DNA from: an uncultured virus (IMG/VR IMGVR_UViG_3300037508_001402)
Taxonomy: Duplodnaviria > Heunggongvirae > Uroviricota > Caudoviricetes
Virus record (IMG/VR): IMGVR_UViG_3300037508_001402
Length of the DNA stretch: 20,000 nt
Direction: 5' to 3' (one strand)
The notes under the pieces are model-generated. The model saw only the letters and a list, made by a program, of their open reading frames with translations, was not told the DNA's origin and did no database searches. Made by a program: the position numbers and the translations under genes. Position 1 is the first letter of the stretch. Each line of letters opens with the position of its first letter. Positions 14,014 to 20,000 of this stretch are shown here, piece after piece.

Positions 14014-14405
14014 GCAACGAAATTACCGCTCCAGATGGGTCTAAATGGCAATGGAAAGATGGGGAGTGGGTGAAAGCGGAGAAAAAGCGCGGGCCTTTGG
14101 GGGGCGAGTTAGATTATGTAAAAAACCTTGAAATTGGAGATGCTTGCTTTTTAAAAGCTGTTGTTGATGAAAAAGAGCATGGATGGGTTCATTTAAAAAT
14201 AGATGACAGCGATTCAACAATGCCGGTCAGACCTCAAACCATTGTCGAAACCAACATCCCGCCTCGCCTTGCCGGTGAGCGGATGACAGATGCTGAGCTT
14301 GCTGCTGAGGCTGGGACTGGTAATCTTGATGGTCGATGGGTTGCTGCTCAAGTTGGGGGAGCCAATGCAGGCGTAATCCTGCTGCCGGAGGGCTTCGGGG
14401 AATGA
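14010..14405 (+). CDS. Hypothetical protein
   Basis: 131 aa, GAGG RBS. APDGSKWQWKDGEWV N-terminal Trp-rich motif. Confidence 0.65.
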   Translation: MSNEITAPDGSKWQWKDGEWVKAEKKRGPLGGELDYVKNLEIGDACFLKAVVDEKEHGWVHLKIDDSDSTMPVRPQTIVETNIPPRLAGERMTDAELAAEAGTGNLDGRWVAAQVGGANAGVILLPEGFGE

Positions 14406-14734
14406 GCGAGAATCAAATACCTGCGGAGTTTGAGTGGATTAAGCCGGGGGTGAAGGCTACATGTCAAAAGTCAAAGCGAAATGTGATTATCACAAGAGAT
14501 ATTGACCACAGTGCTGATGGCTTTGGTGGGCAGGATTGGTTCGTGTCTTGGTGCTATGACGGATCTGTGTATGGTGGCAGCAATTGCAAAGATTTGACAC
14601 CAGGGCACACAGGCAATGTCACCCTCACCCTGACCCGCGAGCAGGCAGAGCAGTTAATTGAAGATTTTAGCACATCAAAAATTACCCGCTCTATGGACGA
14701 TTTAAAGCAAATGATAAAGGAGAAACTGAAATGA
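14402..14734 (+). CDS. Hypothetical protein
   Basis: Start moved to ATG 14402 (ATGA overlap; MSENQIPAEFEW). Confidence 0.65.
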   Translation: MSENQIPAEFEWIKPGVKATCQKSKRNVIITRDIDHSADGFGGQDWFVSWCYDGSVYGGSNCKDLTPGHTGNVTLTLTREQAEQLIEDFSTSKITRSMDDLKQMIKEKLK

Positions 14735-14916
14735 GCCAAACTAAAGGCATTGGATTAACCGGCGAATTGGTTGAAATGGCGCAATGTGATGACGACAAAG
14801 ACAAGGTTGAAATAAAAGTGATCGTTGATAAAAGTGAGTTTGCAAAACTTTATGTCAACCTGCTTTATAAACGTGTAGATATTAAAATGTCAAATGAACA
14901 GGATAATCTGAAATGA
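14731..14916 (+). CDS. Hypothetical protein (61 aa)
   Basis: AAGGAG RBS; ATGA overlaps at both ends. Confidence 0.65.
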   Translation: MSQTKGIGLTGELVEMAQCDDDKDKVEIKVIVDKSEFAKLYVNLLYKRVDIKMSNEQDNLK

Positions 14917-15089
14917 CCCCAGAGCAAAGCGCCGCAATCAACCAGTTTTGCATGTGTGATGATTATTCAAACAGAATCGAGGACGCTATTGAATTGATTG
15001 AAAAAGAGCCTAAAAACGACTTTTATTATAGCGTTTTGATGCCGATTAAACTTATTTTGCAAGGGATTAATGACAAAGATGAACAATGA
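14913..15089 (+). CDS. Hypothetical protein (58 aa)
   Basis: Below the track cutoff. MTPEQSAAINQFCMCDDYSNRIEDAIEL...; ATGA-coupled and fills the gap. Confidence 0.55.
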   Translation: MTPEQSAAINQFCMCDDYSNRIEDAIELIEKEPKNDFYYSVLMPIKLILQGINDKDEQ

Positions 15090-15651
15090 ACAGCTTGCCG
15101 CAATCGAGCGGCTGAGAGAGTTAGAGCCTTCGTTGAAAGAGTTGGTGTTTTATCAAACTAAAAAATATCCGGGCTCTCTTGTGATTGAAACAAAAGACGG
15201 TAGGTATTTTTTGGGGTTATATAAATCAAATCCTGGGCTCCAAGAGCGTGAGTTTATTAAGGTTTTGGAGACTTATAACGAAGCCCTGCCGCTGATTGAA
15301 GCCCTTGCCGCTGAGAACGAGAGGCTTCTGTCAGAGAATGACGCATTGCGGGCATCTCACGACAAGACGCACCAAATGATTGACCGCATCCATGCGGCTT
15401 TGAATTATAAGGCATCAGGCTTTTCAACGCTTGACATGGCAAATGATTTGCATGAGATGAAAGGGCAAATCATCACAATTCTGGACGAAGTTTTGGACGA
15501 AGACACGCAGGAAAGCAAATGCGTGAAATGCGAGGCGCTTCAGGCAAGGATTGACGGGGCTTTGGGTGAATTGTCTAATGATTGGCATAGTGTTCGGGTT
15601 GTTGTCAGAGCAGTCGAGATTCTGAAGGGAGAGCAAAGCGGTGTCAATTAG
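15070..15651 (+). CDS. Hypothetical coiled-coil protein
   Basis: 193 aa; LIEALAAENERLLSENDALRAS heptads. Confidence 0.7.
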   Translation: MTKMNNEQLAAIERLRELEPSLKELVFYQTKKYPGSLVIETKDGRYFLGLYKSNPGLQEREFIKVLETYNEALPLIEALAAENERLLSENDALRASHDKTHQMIDRIHAALNYKASGFSTLDMANDLHEMKGQIITILDEVLDEDTQESKCVKCEALQARIDGALGELSNDWHSVRVVVRAVEILKGEQSGVN

Positions 15652-15883
15652 AAAAGCAATGGCGAATCAGACAATTGATAACCTGCAAGTTCAGCTCAGG
15701 CAGTTCTTTGAAGACCCTGACTTTCAGCTTGATGGAGTCACCAAAGCAGGAATACATGGCTCTTTTGCCTGGATTGAAAAGAAGGCTCAGGCTGAATTTG
15801 CAGAGCGTGAAAGGTTTGAAAAAGACGGTTTGCCTGGTTTAGCAGAAATGATGGAGGCTTTGGGTAATGAGCGGCAAGGCTGA
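15641..15883 (+). CDS. Hypothetical protein
   Basis: 80 aa, GTG start with GGGAGAG RBS, overlapping both neighbours. Confidence 0.6.
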   Translation: MSIRKAMANQTIDNLQVQLRQFFEDPDFQLDGVTKAGIHGSFAWIEKKAQAEFAERERFEKDGLPGLAEMMEALGNERQG

Positions 15884-16475
15884 TCTGTGGTCAAAAGAAG
15901 AAACTGACTTGCTTAAAAAGAATCATGGCAAAATGTCTTGTCAGCAAATCGCTGAATTGATCAACCAAAAATACCGGGTTGGCATGAGGCAAAGAACAAA
16001 AAAGCAAGTCAAAGCAAAGGCTTTTTCATTGGGTTTGTTCACCACAAAAAAGGAGGGGTATGTCACTTTGAGTCAAGCAGTCTTTTTGACTGGGGTTTCA
16101 CGCGAAAAACTAAGTCATATATTTAGCTCAAAAACAAGAAAGTTCAGGGACTTTCAAGCCTACAGCACGGGCATGGGTGGCAGAATCCTGATCTCTTTAG
16201 ACGATTTAGAAAAGATCAAACAGATGTATCCTCAAGTCCCGCCCAATCACATACCCACATCTCAAGCAAATGCAATGCTGGGCAAGTACACACGCTGCTT
16301 TCATGATGTGTGTAGAAGAGGGGTTATTCCTTATGTCAAGACAGGACATAAGATATTTATCCCCAAGCAGATCGCAGAATTGGCCAGGGCCAATATGCTT
16401 GAAACAGGCAGATTGATCGTAGACTGGAAAAAGGTTGTGTCAGAGTACAACCGCCTATACAAAAAGGCCGCATAG
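15867..16475 (+). CDS. Multi-HTH DNA-binding protein (Myb/SANT-like N-terminus + excisionase/MerR-like HTHs)
   Basis: WSKEETDLLKKNHGKMSCQQIAELI...RTKKQVKAKAFSLGL; YVTLSQAVFLTGVSREKL; IPTSQANAMLG...CRRGVIPYVKTGHKIFIP. Confidence 0.65.
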   Translation: MSGKADLWSKEETDLLKKNHGKMSCQQIAELINQKYRVGMRQRTKKQVKAKAFSLGLFTTKKEGYVTLSQAVFLTGVSREKLSHIFSSKTRKFRDFQAYSTGMGGRILISLDDLEKIKQMYPQVPPNHIPTSQANAMLGKYTRCFHDVCRRGVIPYVKTGHKIFIPKQIAELARANMLETGRLIVDWKKVVSEYNRLYKKAA

Positions 16476-16514
16476 ATCACAGACCCCACAGCCCACAGAG
16501 CTTATTCTGAGGGC

Positions 16515-16841
16515 ATGTTTTTAATTGAATTGAACCCCCAAAGCCTTGCCCTATTATCCCACCTCACAAAGTCACCATTGACCGCTGAGCGAGCTGTAGA
16601 GGTATTCCAATGCACAGCCATCCCCCCTTTCTCAGAGGGGGCTTTTTTATGCCAGTTCACGGGTGACTCTCTGCGAATCCTGCGCAAAGCCCACAAAATG
16701 ACACAGACAGACCTCGCGGCCCTTGTTGGGATGCACAAAACTTACATCTCGCGCTTAGAGTCTGGATACTGCATCAATCCTGGGCTAGACACCCTTGGCA
16801 AATTGGGAGAGGCATTGAATTGTAAATTTATGTTAATCTAG
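16515..16841 (+). CDS. XRE-family HTH regulator
   Basis: LRILRKAHKMTQTDLAALVGMHKTYISRLESGYCINPGLDTLGKLGEAL. Confidence 0.8.
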   Translation: MFLIELNPQSLALLSHLTKSPLTAERAVEVFQCTAIPPFSEGAFLCQFTGDSLRILRKAHKMTQTDLAALVGMHKTYISRLESGYCINPGLDTLGKLGEALNCKFMLI

Positions 16842-16902
16842 GGATCGTAAAAAATAGCAGCTTTTGCTAACATTGTGACATCTAACACAGAAGGATGTTG
16901 CC

Positions 16903-17319
16903 ATGGGACTGATCACGAACCACACCCCCACCCCCGAAGATTCACACTCTCTGCTTGCTGCCAGGGCAGAGCAACGCGCCAAAGAAGCAGAGGCAAAGCT
17001 GTCTCAGTCCCTGAATGACAATGCCGCTTTACTGATTGCCCTGCAAGCTGAACAGAGCAAGAATGAAAAGCTGGCATCGGTGATCGAGGATCAGGCAGAG
17101 GAGCTGACCCGCCTGAAGCGTGACAATCAATGGTATGCCGCCAATAACCTGAAGCAGCTCAGGCTCATCTCCGACATTAAAAACCTCACCCACGAATACC
17201 CGCGCCGCATTGTGGACAACATGCCCACCCCCTCTGACATTATTGAAGATTATGAGCGTGGGGTCGCAGCTGTGGGCAAGGCCTTCCACGATCACTTTGG
17301 AAAAGTGGTGCCCTTTTAA
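16903..17319 (+). CDS. Hypothetical coiled-coil protein
   Basis: 138 aa, AAGGA RBS, heptad-rich. Confidence 0.7.
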   Translation: MGLITNHTPTPEDSHSLLAARAEQRAKEAEAKLSQSLNDNAALLIALQAEQSKNEKLASVIEDQAEELTRLKRDNQWYAANNLKQLRLISDIKNLTHEYPRRIVDNMPTPSDIIEDYERGVAAVGKAFHDHFGKVVPF

Positions 17320-17600
17320 TGAGTGGCATGGAATCCAGCAGCAAAGCCTTCCCACCCATGAGCGCCCCCATTGATCGTGTTGACATTATCAGCATGGCCA
17401 TTGGGCAGCTTGCCACAGCACAGAGATATATTGCCGCTATTGAAGAGGAGGATCTCGCTGACAACGAAAGAGAGCAGCTTGAAGAGCAAGCCAAGGGCTG
17501 CATCCAACAGGCAAGCCAGTACACAGCCATCGCCCACCGTGGCAAGCGTCTCCTGATTATTGAGATGGGCCTGCCTGATCTCGACAGGGAAGAGTGCTAA
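17319..17600 (+). CDS. Hypothetical protein
   Basis: TAATG-coupled; helical and acidic. Confidence 0.6.
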   Translation: MSGMESSSKAFPPMSAPIDRVDIISMAIGQLATAQRYIAAIEEEDLADNEREQLEEQAKGCIQQASQYTAIAHRGKRLLIIEMGLPDLDREEC

Positions 17601-18101
17601 ATGTCCAGTCAAGAGTGGTACACGCCCCCTGAGATAATCGAGATGGTGATCGCCTGCCTGGGAGAGATCGACCTTGACCCGTGTGCAAATCCTCAAGAGA
17701 TGAAGACAGTACCGGCAAAGCACTATTTTGACGCAGGGGTGAATGGGCTGGATAAGCCCTGGAAAGGCAAGGTGTTTCTGAATCCCCCTTTCGCCGGGGC
17801 TGGTCAGTGGGTGGGTAAGCTCCAAGAGGAAGTATGGGCGGGCAACGTGACAGAAGCGATTCTCCTGTGTCTAGCCTCGACAGAAACCCGCTGGTTTCAA
17901 TGGCTCGCAGCACAGCCCCTCTGCCTGCCCAATAAGCGCATCAATTATCTGTATGAGACGCCTCTGAAAGTGCTTGTGCAGAAAAAAGGGTTTGACCGGG
18001 CATCATGCCTGTTTTACTTTGGCCCACGTCCGGACAAATTTGCGCAGGTGTTTGGCGCTCCCTTTGGGCGCGTTTATCGCTGCGTGAACCCACTAAGTTA
18101 A
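17601..18101 (+). CDS. Phage DNA N6-adenine methyltransferase (phage Dam family)
   Basis: EWYTPP, IDLDPCA, NGLDKPWKGKVFLNPPF (motif IV NPPF) and ASTETRWFQ. Confidence 0.9.
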   Translation: MSSQEWYTPPEIIEMVIACLGEIDLDPCANPQEMKTVPAKHYFDAGVNGLDKPWKGKVFLNPPFAGAGQWVGKLQEEVWAGNVTEAILLCLASTETRWFQWLAAQPLCLPNKRINYLYETPLKVLVQKKGFDRASCLFYFGPRPDKFAQVFGAPFGRVYRCVNPLS

Positions 18102-18305
18102 GTTTAGGTAAAACATTCAATGGCTGAAAACCGCATTGCACCGTTGGGCTGGAAAAAGTCAAATGTGACGCGAATCACTGACATAGTGATAGCTAGGATC
18201 AAGGTATAGCCTCAAAAAGCAATAACACGCGTTATGGATCGTGTACATTTATTAACTTACGTTTTACGAATTTGTGACAGAAAACACTGAAAGGAAAAAA
18301 GAATT

Positions 18306-18500
18306 ATGCAGGGTGTCAATGATTATGTTGCTCGACAAAGCGCAGCCAAAGACCTCGAAATCACTCAGCTCAATCAAACCATTCGCCGCCTGGAATATCG
18401 CATCGGCAACGCAAAGGAGTATCTGAAGGGCCGGGCCTATCCTGAAAACGCGATCAACCTGGCAGAGCATGAGCTGAACTTGGCGATGAGTGGCAAATGA
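18306..18500 (+). CDS. Hypothetical protein
   Basis: 64 aa, AAGGA RBS, first gene after an intergenic gap. Confidence 0.6.
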   Translation: MQGVNDYVARQSAAKDLEITQLNQTIRRLEYRIGNAKEYLKGRAYPENAINLAEHELNLAMSGK

Positions 18501-18748
18501 TTTGCCTTCATTATCGTGACAGGTATGGAGAGCCCAGATGTGGGCGCATATCCAAGAGCCCAGAAAAGGCAGGGCTTACCATCAACAAAGATGAAGTGAC
18601 CTGTAAAACTTGCCTTATATTAATTGATGAAAAAAGCCCAGTAATAAAGTCACAGCGCAAAAAAATGAGGGATTTCATTTTTGAAAAAGAGAATAAACCC
18701 CTTAAGCGAACCATCAGCACAGCAATAAATAACAGGAGGGAAATATGA
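18497..18748 (+). CDS. Small Zn-finger-like protein
   Basis: H...PRCG...EVTCKTC; ATGA-coupled. Confidence 0.6.
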   Translation: MICLHYRDRYGEPRCGRISKSPEKAGLTINKDEVTCKTCLILIDEKSPVIKSQRKKMRDFIFEKENKPLKRTISTAINNRREI

Positions 18749-19134
18749 GAGCCCCCAACCTCACCCCCACTGAACACCAAGAGCAAGTGCTGTTTGTAAA
18801 TTGGTTTCGCCTGACCTATCCCGGTGTTCTGATCCATACCGTACCCAATGGCGGGCTGCGCAATAAAAGAGTGGCAGCAGACCTCAAAGCAGAGGGGGCT
18901 ACGGCTGGAATGCCTGATCTATTCATCCCTGCATGGGGCCTGTGGATTGAGATGAAGCGCCGCAAGGGTAGCAGCGTAAAACCAGAGCAAAAGCAAATAA
19001 TAAAATACCTCAGAGCTAACGGTGCCACAGTCCACGTCTGCAAAGGCGCTGATGAGGCCATGCAGGCAGTGACCGACTTCTACGCAAAGCACGAACCCCA
19101 CTTATTAAAACACACCCCACTGGAGCACCCATGA
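18745..19134 (+). CDS. VRR-NUC (PD-(D/E)xK) nuclease
   Basis: TEHQEQ..FVNWF, HTVPNGG, LKAEGATAGMPDLFI, LWIEMK and QKQ...L...G. Confidence 0.9.
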   Translation: MRAPNLTPTEHQEQVLFVNWFRLTYPGVLIHTVPNGGLRNKRVAADLKAEGATAGMPDLFIPAWGLWIEMKRRKGSSVKPEQKQIIKYLRANGATVHVCKGADEAMQAVTDFYAKHEPHLLKHTPLEHP

Positions 19135-19451
19135 GACAGTCCTGTTGCCTCGATTGCAACCACATCACCCCCTACCTCGACACGCTGATCTGCCCGTGCT
19201 GCCAAAGCGCCAACATGAGCAGCAATAGATTCCATGTTGTTTTGGCCCATGCCAAGCGCTTGGCGAATGAGCGTACTGAGGGCACAGAAGAGTTTAAGCA
19301 AAAGCGCTTTGAAACCCTGCAAGAGTTGGCCAAACAAGCAGACATAGCAGCAGACCGCCGCCGCAGGCGTACCGTGTCACTCAGAGAGATCTATGGCACC
19401 GCCGCCGCTTTTGAAGAGAACTGGAGGAAGATCCATGCAACAAGTAACTGA
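19131..19451 (+). CDS. Hypothetical protein with N-terminal Zn ribbon
   Basis: CLDC...CPCC; GGAG RBS; ATGA overlap. Confidence 0.65.
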   Translation: MRQSCCLDCNHITPYLDTLICPCCQSANMSSNRFHVVLAHAKRLANERTEGTEEFKQKRFETLQELAKQADIAADRRRRRTVSLREIYGTAAAFEENWRKIHATSN

Positions 19452-20000
19452 TCAGGAGAAGCTCGACTACCTGAATAAATTGTCTGCTTTTGCTGACAAC
19501 TGCCACAGGGCCAAAGACTGGGATATGACCGTCAAGGCCTACGAAGAGATGCTGCTGATCCACGAAGACCCTCGCGTCTTGATGAACCTGGGCATGGTCT
19601 ATCATCAGAACAACCTCCTGAGCATGGCAATCAAAAAATTCAACCGCGCCCTGGAACTGAACCCACGCAGCAAAGAGGCCTGTTTGATTCTCGCTGATTC
19701 ACAGCAGGAGACAGGCCACCCACTGACAGCACTCCATCTCAGGCAAAGAGCCCTGAGCCTGGCAAGTGGCAACCATGAGCGCGTGACTATCGAAGCCGCC
19801 AACATGTTCCTATACACCGTGCTGGGAACCCAACAGGACTATTTTGCAAAAATGACAGAGTTCTGCAATGCCCGCCTGCGTCATCTCTACCCCAAGGCAT
19901 GGCCCGCCCCTGAGCCCGTCAATGGCCGCAAGATACGCTTGGGGTACATCTCAGCAGACTTCAGTATTCACACAGTTATGTTCCTGCTGTGGCCCCTGAT
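19435..20000 (+). CDS. TPR + GT41 (O-GlcNAc transferase/SPINDLY-like) glycosyltransferase, 3' truncated
   Basis: Not in the track (no stop in window). GGAGG RBS. TPRs (VLMNLGMVYHQNNLLSMAIKKFNRALELNPRSKEACLILA) followed by RKIRLGYISADFSIHTV, matching the GT41 N-catalytic GY(V/I)SxDFxxH motif. Confidence 0.8.
   Translation, partial: MQQVTDQEKLDYLNKLSAFADNCHRAKDWDMTVKAYEEMLLIHEDPRVLMNLGMVYHQNNLLSMAIKKFNRALELNPRSKEACLILADSQQETGHPLTALHLRQRALSLASGNHERVTIEAANMFLYTVLGTQQDYFAKMTEFCNARLRHLYPKAWPAPEPVNGRKIRLGYISADFSIHTVMFLLWPL

Noticed and set aside
13741..16475. Apparently more AT-rich block as a separate acquired island
   Set aside because: Genes remain coupled to their neighbours, no boundary repeats are visible and the composition shift was not quantified; ordinary phage mosaicism suffices.

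Overview
This window is the early, control and replication region of a temperate-looking tailed phage or prophage; no structural, integrase or host housekeeping genes are visible. A leftward operon (1-6352, minus strand) encodes hypothetical proteins, a 566-aa multidomain protein, an IbrA/IbrB pair (PP-loop PAPS-reductase-like plus ParB-like) and a ribbon-helix-helix-like protein. A divergent promoter region drives an XRE repressor-like gene (6481-6798). This is followed by ~1.3 kb without a credible ORF (6800-8100), densely packed with + strand hairpins, degenerate tRNA-like modules and serial terminators. Two of the tRNA-like modules have mutually swapped acceptor strands, and the two ends of the region are complementary. 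It sits directly upstream of a 2xHTH-BRO antirepressor-like gene. Further right are ssb, small Zn-finger ORFs, a second divergent XRE gene, an O-like replication initiator with internal iterons, a helicase loader/inhibitor, many small genes, a phage Dam-type methyltransferase and a VRR-NUC nuclease. The window ends in a truncated TPR + GT41 (OGT/SPINDLY-like) glycosyltransferase. The most novel candidates are the structured RNA locus with its domain-swapped tRNA mimic and the phage-borne GT41. All protein and RNA calls come from manual motif recognition and base-pairing, not database searches.
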